A stretch of 64,000 nt of DNA from Camelus dromedarius (lineage: Eukaryota): contig NC_087437.1 in the NCBI RefSeq assembly GCF_036321535.1, positions 98,892,001 to 98,956,000 on the forward strand, written 5' to 3'. Positions 12,523 to 26,193 of this stretch are shown here, piece after piece. Position numbers and translations under genes: made by a program. Within the stretch, counting starts at the first letter, position 1. Every line of letters begins with the position of its first letter. The notes beneath the pieces are model-generated. The model saw only the letters and a list, made by a program, of their open reading frames with translations. It did no database searches and was not told the DNA's origin.

Positions 12523-13214
12523 TTTCTGAAACCAGCATTTCCACTTTTTCCTACAGTTCCTTATATGCTATGAGAATTTGGTCTTGCCAATCAGATTTTT
12601 GCCAATTACGGGATTTATAAGCAACACAGTTCCTTTGGCCAGGAATTATGGCCCTTTACTTAAAATTTTTATGGTTCCTTTTAAAATAAAATGTGCCTTG
12701 AATAGCAAATTTTAAAATCAAGCATCTATCAAAGGAGTAGCTGTTCCTTATTACCTCAGAGATGTTAAATTGCTCTTATAAATTAGTTTCCCATCCTCTT
12801 TTTTCCAGTCCCATCTTAATTCTTTGTGGTTTTAATAGCAAGGTGCACTTACTGGTTTCACTTGGTTTATTGCTTTCCCTAAAAATAATTTTAATAGCTT
12901 AAGTTGGCTTGTGAATTTGATTCTTCCTAATAGTTTCATTTATAAGTGGTTACATTTTCTCTTGCAAGCACAAGTTAATATTTTTATAAACAATCCAGCT
13001 GGATATGGTTTTTAAATTTAACATCTATTTCAGTTTGAAACTGTTATTGTTCATAATCAATATTAGCTGAAACAGAAGCAGAACCTACCTTAACTAGTAA
13101 ATGTTTCTTGGAATGTTTACACTAATGATTCATTGAAAATTTGTTTGAGTCCAAAGAATTAAGTTGTAAAGCAACTGGAGTTTTTCCACTAGCACCTAGA
13201 AGAAATCAACTGTA

Positions 13215-13432
13215 AACTTCAAAGTCAAATCCAGGTTTGAATCTGACTTTACCACTGATTAGCTGTGATTTGGAGTACTTTATTTGTCTCCTATGGGCCT
13301 CAGTTTTCTTACCTATGCAATCTGGAAAGCATCTATATTGCAAAAATGATGTGAGAACTACATGTGAGATTACTGTAGATAAATCTTTAGCATAGGGCCC
13401 ACTGTGAGCACCTAAACTATAGTAGTTACTAT
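13215..13432 (+). mobile_element. MIR SINE
   Basis: ggtttgaatctgac...ttagctgtgatttgg...gggcctcagttttcttacctatg matches the MIR core. Confidence 0.75.
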
Positions 13433-13854
13433 TACCTGGAATATTTTATTTTGGCTTTTAAAAAATTTCAACTATTCTTAAAAGATTTTTAACTGATACA
13501 TGCGACAAATAATTCTTAACATTACAAGGAGTATACAATATACCAAATAGACCAAGATCACAAAAAACTTTAAGCTGAAAAAATTAATCTATGAAAATTA
13601 AATAAGTATAGTTTTTAATTGTTAGATTGGTAAGAATTTTTTAAACAGAACCGTTGTATGAAAGGACTGGCATTGCAGATAAGTGTGTGTATGTGGGAAG
13701 GTGGGAGTGGATTTTTCTATAAAGGTGATGAGACAATTAGTTATTTGTACATAAAAGTACAAAACTGGTCTCCTACCTCACACCATACTGAAATACCAAT
13801 TCCAAGTAGACAAAAGACTTAAATGTAAATGAAAACCTGCAAAACTGAACCAAA

Positions 13855-14680
13855 GTACAAAATAAATATACATGAATATATACCAAGTATGCAAAATAAA
13901 TACATGAGTGCAGATAAACGATCGCATAAATAAATGAATGGGAAAGAGGAGACAGCTCTCCCTTACAGAAGAAGCCCATTTAACATATGCAGATACTCCT
14001 CCCGCAAGTAGGTAGAGTTCCGTCACCACCACTGCCCCTCCTTGTGGGTGGCTGAGATGTGGTGACTTGTTTCCAAGGACTAGAGTATGCAAAGAGGAAA
14101 ATACAAACTCTACAGCGAAGGAATTTGGCAGGGGAACTTAACCTAGTGATTAAGGTTAACATCCCCAGGGATGTCTTGCAGATATCATGCACCTCCTGGT
14201 ACTCTGAGACAAGAAGGGCACTTCGCCTAGATGGTATTTTTTTTTTGGTTTTGTTTTGTTTTCAAACAACCCTTAACCCCACTCTGATCATGAGAAAAGC
14301 ATCCAAAAATTTAGATTCAATGACATTGTACAGCATACCCGGCCAATAGTTCTCAAGTCTGTCAAGGTCAAGAAAAACAAGGAAAGACTGAGAAATTGTC
14401 ACAGACTAGAAGAGACTGAGAAGAAATGACAATGAAATGCAGTCTCACCCAGATTGGATCCTGGAACAGAAAGAGGAAAACTGGTGAAATCCAAGTGCAG
14501 TCTAAAGTTCAACTAATAGTAATATTCTAATGGTGGTGTCTTAGCTTTAACACGTGTACAGTTATAAAGTACAATGTTGACAAAGGGTGGAACTGAGGGA
14601 GGGCCATATGGGGACTCTCTACTGTTGCTGAAACCTTTCTATGAACCTAAAATTATTCCAGAACAAAAAGTGCATTAAAA
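13855..14680 (+). mobile_element. L1MC-type 3' region
   Basis: ggtgacttgtttccaagga, aaggtcaagaaaaacaaggaaagactgagaaattgtcacagac, ggatcctggaacagaaa, gggactctctact...cctaaaattattcca are L1MC 3' UTR motifs. Confidence 0.8.
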
Positions 14681-15750
14681 AGACTATAAGACTTAGAAAA
14701 CAAAACAAAGATATATTTATATTTTTAAGGTATAGAAGAATTTATACCCAAGAAAAATGTTCAGGAAAATATTGATAAATTTGACTACATTAAATTCTAA
14801 AATGCCTAATTATCAAAAGATGCTGCAAAGAGAGTAAAACTATAAATCACAAACTAGGAGAAGTTATTTACAACAAGTACACTTCCATGGCAGAGATTTC
14901 TTGCAATTTAAATCGAAGAAGACAAGCAAGTCTGTAGAAACATGAGGAGAAGAGTTAAATAGACACTTAAGAGAAAAGGAAATTCCAAAAACTAATGTAT
15001 ATATGAAGGAAATTCTACCTCATTATGACTCAGGAAAGATCCACAGCGGGGTATCATTTCGTATTTGCCTGATTGGAAATTTTAAAGACTGAGAGTACCA
15101 AGTGTTATGGAGGATGCGAAACACCAAAACATTTATACACTGCAGGTGGGAGTGTAAGGCTGTATTGTCACTCTGGAAACAATTTGGCTGTATCTAAATT
15201 TGAAGATATGCCTGTCCTGCAAGTGCAAAGCAATCGCACTCCTACGTTTATACCTCAGAGAAAGTTTTCTACATATGGATCAAGAAACATTGTGCCAGAA
15301 TATTCCCAGAAGCTCTGTTTGTAAAAGCAAAAAAAAAGCAACCCAAATATCTACCAAAACACAATGCCATCAAACAAAGAAAATAAAACAATAGTAACAA
15401 GCAACAATAAAAATGTATTTTTAAGAATGTAAGTTGGAGAGAAAAGAGGAAGCTTTAGAACAATGCATACGGTGTGATTTCATTACATGAAATTTTTTAA
15501 ATGTAGGACTAAATATAGCTTAGAACTTAGTCTTTAGGGTTACAAATATGTGGGAAAGCTATAAAAAGCATGAGACTGGTGAGCATGATTCTTATGGCCG
15601 TTACCTTTATGGAGGAAATCACACAGGAAACCAAAAATAATTCAATAGTCTCCGTATTTAATGGGATGGTGGTTTCATGAGTGTTTGTATTGTTCTAACT
15701 TATATGAGTATTATAATAGTGTTTTATTCCTTCTTAATAAAAATCAATGA
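14681..15750 (+). mobile_element. Old L1ME-like ORF2/3' fragments
   Basis: gataaatttgactacattaaa, tacactgcaggtgggagtgtaa, ctctggaaacaatttggc are degenerate L1 ORF2 C-terminal motifs. Confidence 0.65.
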
Positions 15751-17538
15751 AAAAGAAAGAAAGGGAGATGGAGAAAGATGAAAGAGGGAGGGAGAATGTG
15801 GTTTATCACTCCTGCTAACAATCATACCCAAGAAGCATGGTGACCCCCAACATACAAAGGAATCCCCTTGTTTCGAACTAAGTTTGTTGCTTTGGTAGAT
15901 TTCACTGCCTCCTCATTGTCATCCAATATCTGAGCTCTGTTTAAATTATCTGAGACCAGAATACAGAAGTGAAACTCCATCATCTACTCTCTCTAGTCAG
16001 GCCTCATGTGACTGAATGATGTAAAAGTGAGGCATCTTCTCTATGAAAGAATAGTGGATGAACACATTTAAAACTTCAAACCCTTAAACTTGCTGTCTAC
16101 AATGAGGCAAGGGGAAAATGGAATATATCTGAAAGCTACAGTTTATTGAAGCCAAATTATTAATGGAGCACCAAGCTCTCTGTTGCCTGCAGGAAGCGAC
16201 AGTGAGAACACTACTTGTAACCAGGAAAACCTTACAAAATCAATGACTAAGCTTGTCATGACTTGCTGTGTTAGTATTATACATGGATCAAACTAATTTT
16301 TAGGATTACATATGCTTTGAACCTATCTCTTTGACAATTCTCAATTGTCAACATTTATCCTTCTTGTTTTATAGCAAAGCAAACAATATATTGGGCCACA
16401 TGGATGTGGTTCATAATATTCTTTTGGCTGGATTATTTACTCTTTTAATATTTACAAGGGCTTTCTGAGAAAACTATTAAGAATGTTTTAAGAATGAAAT
16501 AAAAAAGATGATCAAAGATCTGGAGGAAGGAAAGTGATCTGCTTAAGTCAACAGCTCACGCCATAGACAGTTTTTAGACCAAAAAGAATTCTGAAGAAAA
16601 AAACAAACAAGTTCAGCCACATTGTTTGTATTAAGGAGACCAAAGCAGCATTTAAACTGTAGAAAAAAGGAGTCAGATAGATTTATTTTATGATTCTGAG
16701 TTCATTATTAAAAAGAGCCTCTCAATTATACATATATATTTTGTTTTCATAAAGAACAAACATACTTTTATAACATCAGTTGGCACATTTTATGGCCAAG
16801 GTAATGTATGCAAAAAATACACTGTAATATCAATGATAACTCTATAAGCAAACTACGTGGGGAAAAAAATTACCTAAATATTTAGCAAGTAGAATTCAAG
16901 ATAAGTGTGGCATTTCTCATCCCCTCTTTATACGTAAAGTATGTATGTGCTGTGTGTGTTTAGGATGAATTAGCTCAAAATACGTATTCTCTCAACAAAA
17001 GGTCTTTCTCATAGGCCTGTGTATCTCTTGTGTTTGTACTTCAGTGGATACAGTATCCTAGTTCACATTTTTATCATTGCTCTCAATACATTGTACAATT
17101 TTTTTTTTCTTTTTTAGTTTGTTTTCTCCCTTAGCATGTTAGTGCACTGAGTCAGAAACTGCCATTTTTATCTGGATTTCTCTAATTCTCCATACAGGGC
17201 ATGGCACACAGTAGGTGCTCAATAAATATATAATGAATTGCTTTACACACATATGATGTTTTTCCAAGATATTTAATTTCCCTAAAAACTGTTAGCTCTA
17301 AAGTTAGACAAGTAATACACATGTTCTCATCTTTATAAATGCCTGTTTAGACTCTATACTTATATGTAAGCTCTGCAGTAAAAACTTTGATTCATCTCTC
17401 TAAAATACTACGTAAATTTTGTAAACCAAAAAAAACCTCAGAATACCTTTCCTTCATGAAATATAATAAAATTAAACAAATGGCTTTCTTATATTTTGGA
17501 GTTTACTTATATACTATCTCATCCAGAAATATAAGACA

Positions 17539-17571
17539 ATCATTTCTCGGCCTTTTGGCTAAGATCAAGTG
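17539..17571 (+). pseudogene. RNU2: 3'-truncated U2 snRNA retropseudogene (about nt 1-33 of U2)
   Basis: atcatttctcggccttttggctaagatcaagtg versus the U2 5' end ATCGCTTCTCGGCCTTTTGGCTAAGATCAAGTG (31/33). Flanking repeats cagaaatataagaca (17524-17538) and cagaaatatgagaaa (17572-17586) match at 13/15. Confidence 0.93.
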
Positions 17572-18165
17572 CAGAAATATGAGAAAATCATGAATTTTAA
17601 CATTTTCATAAACTGCAGCATATAGGAATACAAATTTCTCTTTGCTCAGGCATACATATTCTGCTCTGCGGGTTGCTAAGATACACTAAAAGTACAGAAA
17701 CATGATTTGGCTCTTTAAAAATAGGCTAGGCAGCTTTCTTATTTCTGACAAAATTAGTGTCTAGGGAATATATACAATCTCAGTACGATCATTTATTTTA
17801 GTCACTTTCTGGACTTACTCAATCAAATTGTGGTTTGTAAAGATTTTAATTTTAGATGTTAAAGTTGAGGTCAGCAAAACTATCTGCAAGCATTAACCAG
17901 ATACTGAAAGGCAGTGATCTTTCAGCTTTCCACTCTTTACTGAGACAGTCGGTGGAGAACAAGCCAGATTCATTTCAGTAAAAACTCACTGATTCCAGTT
18001 TCCACAAGTAGCCAACTTATGTTCTCTGCCATTTCTCCCGCTTTTTGCAGAAAAAGAAAAGTTACACCCAGGACAAAAATCATTTATTTTGGGTGAAGTG
18101 GTAGAGAAATCTTAGATTATAACAAATCTTTCTGGTCAACCTAGATAGCAGGGGTTATGGAGATC

Positions 18166-18479
18166 TTTTTTTTTTTTTTAACATTTTTTATTGATTTATA
18201 ATCATCTTACAATGTTGTGTCAAATTCCAGTGTAGGGCACAATTTTTCAGTTATACATGAACATATATATATTCATCGCCACATTTTTTTTCTCCGTGAG
18301 CTACCATAAGATCTTGTATATATTTCCCTGTGCTATACAGTATAATCTCGTTTATCTATTCTACAATTTTGAAATCCCAGTTTCTGTCCGTTCCCACCCT
18401 CCGCCCCCTTGGCAACCACAAGTTTGTATTCTATGTCTATGAGTCTATTTCTGTTTTGTATTTATGCTTTGTTTGTTTG
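18166..18479 (-). mobile_element. Young camelid L1, heavily 5'-truncated (3' UTR plus poly(A) only)
   Basis: Poly(T) at 18166-18179, then sequence closely similar to the 3' UTR of the L1 at 21496-21823. Confidence 0.92.
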
Positions 18480-18994
18480 AGTTCAAACGTTTCCTGTCGT
18501 GATCCTGATCTCAGGACCTATCATTTGTTTTCAGCTGTCAGTACTTTCCAGCTGAATGACACTCCTGGTCTTGTCCCTGACCACAGCCTCGCAATCTCTT
18601 TATGAATAAGAAGTAAACAGAGTTGATTTTTAACAGTATCCTGGACTTAAGTTGAAGGTGTAAAAGGAAAATATATACTGCTATATATTACATATGCTCT
18701 CTCTCTCTATATATATATATAGCATATCTATGAAAGTTTGAAATATATATATGTATATACACATACATAAAACAATGCAGACTTTAAAATCCCACCTTGA
18801 TGTCAGGTAAGAGCAGAAAAAGGGTGAGCAGAAAATTAAGCTGCAGATCAAGCAGACAGGAGGCCAGCCAGCACTTGGCCACTGGCGTTTCCACAAGACA
18901 GTAGCTACTGGAAGGTGAAGATGTGGCCCTCACAGGCAGGGTCTGCCCCAGAGCAACAGAGTACAGAGGCCACCAAACACTCCAACCAAAAAAT

Positions 18995-19033
18995 ATGTGT
19001 GTGTGTGTGTGTGCGCTTGTGTGTGTGTGTGTG
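18995..19033. repeat. Interrupted (TG)n microsatellite
   Basis: tgtgtgtgtgtgtgtgtgcgcttgtgtgtgtgtgtgtgt. Confidence 0.95.
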
Positions 19034-19949
19034 TATTTAAATACATATATATTAGGATCCCTGGACCTAGAGATAGAAGATGCAGATCAAAAATCTCTGT
19101 CATGTACTGTCTCCTAATCCTTAAATTTGTTCTGACTTTTAGTCCTCACACTGTTCACACTCCCTCTGTTTCTTTTACATTACATCCCCTCTTAATTGTT
19201 TGCGGAATTGATTTCCATTTCACTTCTCTTTCGTAGAGCGCCTCTTACTTTACCAGCTGCAGAATGCCATCTCTTTCTTTCTTCCTTCCTCATTCTGTAC
19301 TCGTCTAGGAGCACTTCTTCCTGGCCGTGTTTCAATTAATATCTATGCAGAAGTGACTTTCAAATATTTATCTCAAGCCCATACTTTTCTCTCCTTTATG
19401 CTCTAAATTCACTTCCCTGAAGCTATGTTTTGAAATGTAATATTCATTAAGCCAGATATATTCTTCAGTACTTCATACCTGCTCCTCCTCCTCCGTTCCT
19501 CATCTACAATTCTCATGACTCAGATACTGATACAGTCAAGTGTCTGATGGCAAAAACTTCTAGAAATGTTGGCCAGTCCAGTGTTGACTCTCGCTCTCTA
19601 CCTCTATTTTTATTTGTGTACATATTTATTTATTTTACTAGATAATGCATAAATGAGGTACAAAATGCAGAAGATACAAGTTCCTCAGTTCCTCTCTTCA
19701 CAGGAACTATGACCAGTTACTGAACTCTTACAGCTTTTTCCAAGATGGCTTTTTCTCCATAAGGGTATGTGTACATATATCCGTGTACGCACGTGCACAC
19801 ACGGAGGCAACATGTTGTTCTTTGCCTTTCTTTTCTCACTTAACAGTACATTTTGTAACATATCCCATATAATTCATAAAGCGGTTCCTCATTTTTTAAA
19901 AACTGTTGCAAATTATTCCATTAAATGCCGTAGCAGTATGGTGTTCCGT

Positions 19950-20130
19950 TAAGGGTAGAAAAGCAAACTGTGTGACAATAGTGCAAAGGCTGGGAGAGGA
20001 AAAATGGAAATACACTACTGTAAAGTTTTCATACTGCACATGGAGTGGTCTATTACCACTTTAAGGTAGATCATGCTATGTTAAAGATACAAACTATAAA
20101 CACTAAAACAGACACAAAGATGCTGAAAAA
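19950..20130 (+). mobile_element. Old L1M internal fragment
   Basis: tgtgtgacaatagtgcaaaggctgggag...aaatacactactgtaaagtttt...ttaaggtagat resembles the L1M ORF1/ORF2 linker. Confidence 0.5.
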
Positions 20131-21495
20131 TAGCATCTCTTTAAACAGGCTTCACAGAAATGTGCAGCAGCAGCCTGTACGTACCAAATTACTTGGTGCA
20201 AGCAAAGGCCCTTTATTTCAGAGAACTATGTTCACCTGACTCTGCAACAAAATAAAAACAATTACACATTTAGGAATACATGCCAATATTAAAATCAGAG
20301 ACCACTGAATTTTTCTGGAGAGCAGCTTCTCAAGACAAACAAGGACTTTCAATTTTTAAAGAGCAGACATTGCCTTGGTTCCCCTTTCTCTTTTCTAAGA
20401 CCAAGGAATAAATTATAATTTGTCATCTTTATTTGTTACTCTTTTTTAAACCCTGATCAAATTTTCCCTGCCCCGGTCAACCTACTTCAGACATGTATGT
20501 ACTAAGTTACGGGGCTGAAGAATTTCATCATTTCATTAAAGTTGACATTTCCCTTTCTATATCTTTATTGTCATTAAATTATTGATTGATTTAAGAAAGG
20601 AGAAACATGAAGAAACAATGTCTGCTCATTCAAAACTTCAAGTGCCTATTTCTCCTCCAGGAATTTCTCCATGCAAAAAACACAAAAGTCTCTACCAGAG
20701 ATGAGATGTTTGCACTCACTCACACTTACTACACTTACTGTTTTAGCTTTTCTGCATGCAGGGTACTATGTTAGGAAATCTTTATATCCTAAAAGACTTG
20801 AAAGTCGAAGTATGCAGGTACAAGGAAAAGAAAAAACAATGATTCTGGGAATTGTAAAACTAAATATTATCCTTTTTTATTTCTCCTGTCATCAATAAAC
20901 CTTTCCCATATTCCACTAAGCAAAAATAACTATTGCCAAAATCAATTCCCAAAGCCCAAATGGTAAATTTCAAAAGTGTGAAAGAAATAAAGCATGTAAT
21001 GAGAATCTCAGGACACACAGGCAAGGACCCACCTGGGCTGGGGCAATCCTATTTTCTGATGTTTCAGAAATCTAAACAGATGATTTTAACATGTTTTTCA
21101 TACAACATATTTGACAATTGTTTTGTGCCACCAAGTTAGATTGCTCAAATATTTGGTCCAAGTAGAATATAGAAAGATTTTTGAGTATATCACTTACTTC
21201 CCTATTCAGCGCTCCTCTAGGCTTTCTTACCAGACAGAGGTCACTTTGTTAGCCACGCCCAAGGGATGACCTTTTATGTGTCTGATGACCTCATGTTGCT
21301 CTGGGAATGCGCATAACACAGTTGTCGCCACCATCTGTAGATTCTATCGCTGTGAAATATTTTTCTGTTATCCATGTGATATTATGACCTTTCCTATTTA
21401 CTATAGCCAGGTAAAATATTCTTTCCCCATCAGCGTTATATTCTGGTCATCTGGCAGCATTGACTCAGTCCCAAAGTTTCTGTAAAAAGATTTGT

Positions 21496-22430
21496 TTTTT
21501 GCTTTTTGTTTTTTTTTTTAACTTTTTTTTATTGAGTTATAGTCATTTTATAATGTTGTGTCAAATTCCAGTGTAGAACACAATTTTTCAGTTATACATG
21601 AACATCATATATTCATTGCCACATTTTTTTTCGCTGTGAGCTACCACAAGATCTTGTATATATTTCCCTGTGCTGTACAGTATAATCTTGTTTATCTATT
21701 CTACATTTTGAAATCCCAGTCTGTCCCTTCCCACCCCCTGCCCCCTTGGTAACCACAAGTTTGTATTTTATGTCTATGAGTCTGTTTCTGTTTTGTATTT
21801 ATGTTTTTGTTTTTGTTTTTGTTTTAGATTCCACATATGAGTGATCTCATATGGTATTTTTCTTTTTCTTTCTGGCTTACTTCACTTAGAATGACATTCT
21901 CCAGGAACATCCATGTTGCTGCAAATGGCGTTATGTTGTCAGTTTTTATGGCTGAATAGTGTTCCATTGTATAAGTATACCACATCTTCTTTATCCAGTC
22001 ATCTGTTGATGGGCATTTAGGCTGTTTCCATGTCTTGGCTATTGTGAATAGTACTGCTATGAACATTGGGGTGCCGGTGTCATTTTGAAGTAGGGTTCCT
22101 TCTAGATACATGTCCAGAAGCAATATTCCTGGGTCATATGGTAAGTCTATTCCTAGTCTTTTGAGGAATCTCCATACTGTTTTCCACCATGGATGCACCA
22201 AACTGCATTCCCACCAGCAGTGTAGGAGTGTTGCCTTTTCTCCACAGCCCCTCCAGCATTTGTCATTTGTGGACTTTGAATGATAGCCATTCTGGCTGGT
22301 GTGAGGTGATAGCTCATTGTGGTTTTGATTTGCATTTCTCTGATAATTAGTGATATTGAGCATTTTTTCATGTGCCTATTGATCATTTTTATTTCTTCCT
22401 TGGAGTATTGCTTGTTTAGGTCTTTTGCCC
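21496..22430 (-). mobile_element. Young camelid L1, 5'-truncated (~935 bp), with ORF2 C-terminus
   Basis: ORFs 22153-22482 and 21824-22363 together give the L1 ORF2 C-terminus, split by one frameshift, including the Cys-rich motif [18 protein letters not shown]. Poly(T) lies at the left end. Perfect 12-bp TSD aaaaagatttgt at 21484-21495 and 22431-22442. Confidence 0.97.
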
Positions 22431-22804
22431 AAAAAGATTTGTGATCCAACTTTAATTTACTGTTTGTCAGAGCGTTCACCATTTAAACTCCAACAATAGT
22501 CCAAAAGGGAAGAGATCACAAGTCAGTTCAGATACTACCATATTATCATGTACCAGTTACAAAAATAAGTGCTTGAACCATTTGCTTGTTTTTTCTTCTA
22601 TAGGATGTCATTGGATAAAGTTACCTGCCCCTAATCTACATGTAAGTAATCTACATTGTAGGATCATCTGTATCAACATATACACGTTTACATGTCAGAC
22701 AAGATTCATTGTTCCGTTCTCTGTGCTCTCTGTGTGCTCACTTATTACTCATATATCATTATTTCTTTGTGTCGACTCAGTGTTTTCAGTCAGGCAGAGG
22801 ATCT

Positions 22805-23000
22805 ACTGCTACTTGTGAAGTGCTTCCTGTGTCCTGGCACTGTGCTAAATACTGAACATAATTAAGCCCGCTGCAGTCATTTGACCCTAACAAATATCCA
22901 ACGAAGTAGGTACTATTATTATCCCATTTTACAGGTGCAGAAATGGAAGCAAACAGAGGCTGAATAATTTATCTACACAGCAGTGCATGATGGAGCCAAG
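22805..23000 (-). mobile_element. MIR SINE
   Basis: gtgtcctggcactgtgctaaat...gaagtaggtactattattatcccattttacaggtgcagaaatggaagc. Confidence 0.8.
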
Positions 23001-23934
23001 AGGAGCCATGATTTTATACATGAGAGTTTATCTGTAGAATAAACGCCTTGAAGTAGAATTTTTAAATCAAAGAGTGTATACATTTTGCATTTTGATAAGT
23101 ATTGCCAAAATGTCCTTCACAAACAGTAGTACGTATATCCTAAGAGCTATATGTTAGAGTAAAACCAACATATTTTACAAGTTTTAAGTTATTTTAAGTT
23201 ATTTTTGAATTGTATCCACATGTTCTTTTCTTTACTTCTCCCTCAGGTTCCCTCTTACACTAAATTGATGCTATTATCCAAATGGACCACAAAGCATTTT
23301 GTTCAAATATTTAACATCTACGTAAAAGTATGTCTTTGGTGCTTCTAAAGGATATGGAAAGATAAAGTTATCTACATAGTTAGATCTGTTTTCCCATTTC
23401 AACTGGTATGTTTAAATTTACAGATGTTAAATATAGGACCACTTTATCATTAGATTTTCTGTAAACAAATATTAACTAGACATGGGAAAACTCATTTTTC
23501 CTTAAATGTATTGTGAAATATCTGAAATGTATTCAAAGCTAACTCACCACAAGATGATTTAAGAAAATAAACTTTTTTTTAAAATGGGAAATTGTCTCAA
23601 AAGAAATAATTGGCAATTAAGACTTGGAAGACTTTAATAAAAATTTTTCATCTCACAAATTCAGTCTAAGTAGAAAATCTTCATAGTTTGACTTTTTTCA
23701 AATGTCAAATGAAAATTTAATTGAACCTAGTGCCAAAAATGAAAAAAAAAAATAATTTTATGAAAAGTTATAGTAATGATTAGAGATATTATCTTATATT
23801 AAATTATACAAATGGAAGTTTTAAATCAATTTGAGGTTTCAAAATAAGTCAATTGCATTTTAAAATAATTCAGCTTGCATTATGGTGACATATTTTTGAA
23901 TGTTTTTTAATTGAGTGATGAGTAAGAATCAATC

Positions 23935-24095
23935 ACATCACATTAGCTTATTTAAGGCCTACAACAGTCTTGGGAGATAGGAATTCTGCAGCTTCCTTCT
24001 ACAGCTAAAACTGGAGTTCAGGTAGGTGAACTGACTTATCCATAGACATATGTAGACAAAGAGAGCCATGTCAGATCCCAAGTCCTACAGATCTA
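23935..24095 (-). mobile_element. MIR SINE, degenerate
   Basis: ttatttaaggcctacaacagtcttgggagatagg...ctacagctaaaactggagttcaggtaggtgaactgactt. Confidence 0.55.
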
Positions 24096-24959
24096 AGGCA
24101 GCAGATTTAGTTGTGATTAATAAGAAGATATTTCTGTGTGGTTTCTGAATGTTAGATGAACTAGCAGTGGCTACTTAGAGATACTGTAAATAATGACTTT
24201 TTTTGAATATTGATTGGTTTAAGTTCCCACTATTTTGTTTTTAACTGCCCAAAATAAACTGGAGGAAAAACATGGTTCTTTGTGAGAAAATTACTTGATA
24301 CTTTGCATAGCCACAACCTTCAGACTCAGAGGCATAGTCGGTAGCTTCACCAAGACTATTTTAATATGGCCTCATTAGTGTTGTTAGAAAAATGGGCAAC
24401 TTATTATTGAAAACCAACAGAGTAACTTTCAGAAGTCACAAATTCAAATGCCTTCAAGAATCTCAATTCGAGAGCTAAGAATAAGGCTACAGGAAGCATT
24501 AGGTCCAGAGACTTATGGAAGAGGTGTGCTTTTGTAAAAGTGTCCAACTTCAAAAATAACCATAATCAGAGGAATCAGAGAAACACAATGTGTAGACTAA
24601 GCCTATGGCTTCCATATCAGTGTCTTGGCTATTTTACCAAAACTGAACCTGAATAATTGTGATATTCAGAAATAAAATAATAATAATAACAGAAAGATGA
24701 TTGTAAATTAGATTAAAAAAATAAACTGACTGTTAATCATGACACCTGGTAGAATAAAGATTACTACATATTTATTTTTCGGCTTGCTAGGAAATAAAAT
24801 ACTAATTTTTTTAAACTATATACATATTTAAGTAGAATAGGCTGAAAATCTTTCTTACACAAATTTTAAGTTTAAATAAACTGTTATTCAGATCTAACAA
24901 TACAAGCCCAGTTCTAGATCTAGAGAATGAAAGGAAAACCACTTTAAAAAACAAAACCA

Positions 24960-25115
24960 TAAAAAATAGGGATTTACTGTATAGTACAGAAAACTATATT
25001 CAATATCTTATAATAACCTGTAACGGGAAAAATAAGAAAAAGAATATATGTATATATCTTAACAACTTTGCTGTACACCTGAAACTAACACAATATTGTA
25101 AATCAACTGTAGTAG
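24960..25115 (+). mobile_element. L1 3' terminal fragment (cetartiodactyl type)
   Basis: gatttactgtatagtacagaaaactatattcaatatctt...ctttgctgtacacctgaaactaacacaatattgtaaatcaact. Confidence 0.85.
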
Positions 25116-26193
25116 AAAACAAAAACAGAAAAAATCCCTCCCCAAAATCCTGTGCCTTACTGTTGCGCATTCAATATCAATTTCTATAATATTCTATACC
25201 AAGTGAAGAAATGCTGAATAAGTAAATTGTCCATTATTTTAGGTGTGTCAAAAATGTTTTCAGGTTCTAACTAAAAATCCAATTCACTAGCACTTAAAAT
25301 ACCTAACGAAAGATACCCGGAGACCCCTACTCATGATCAGGATTAAAGAGTCTCCTGTGAATCAACATAACCACACCCAAACTCATTATCCTTCCCAATT
25401 AAAGCCTTTCCTTCATCATTTTTCATAGGTAATTCCAGATGCAGTTTAAATAATCATCCATGACATGTGTTGTGATTACCCTGATTACAAGATTTCTCTC
25501 TCTGTCCTGTAACTACAGCATTTGTCTGCAATACTCAGATACTTTATTGTAGTTGTGTATACATATTTACCACCTCCAGTAACACTGTAGGCTCCAAAAG
25601 ACAAGGCTAAGGTATTTAACTGTATTTTAGCAAGAAGATGACTATAAGCATAATTAATACATGGTCCCAGCTGTCAAGGTACCAGAAACCCCAATTCTCA
25701 GTCCTCCACAAATTACTTTACATATACGTGCTCAGTAAAATTTTAGATTTTTTTTTCTGTGTTCCCAAGCCCATAAAAATAGCCAGAAAAAAAATGCAGA
25801 CAGTAAAGTTTTTTTCTTTTATAAGACATCATATGAACATGACAATTTTTAAAATAGCATAAAAATTACAGTATAAAAAGGAGAAAAGACAATGAATGAA
25901 TACTTTCAATTTCATTAATGTAGTTTTTGGGAACAGGGAACCATAATAAATAATATTACATAATATAGTAATATTATAGTTTCTATTTTCTTGATTTATT
26001 CTTTTGTTTTAAAATAATTAAACAATTGAAGAGAAGAAATTTTAATTTTAATAATATTATTTAGCTTTAGTAAAACATTTCATATAAACTAAGTTGCTCA
26101 CTTATCAAATAAATATACTACACTTTTAAGTTTATATTTTTCCACTGTTTTGAAGTTTAAATATGAGTAAAAGCTACAAGTGGTCATACAGAA

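Noticed and set aside
21824..22363. 179-aa ORF, the longest in the window
   Set aside because: It is the C-terminus of L1 ORF2 in a truncated, frameshifted copy, not a host gene.
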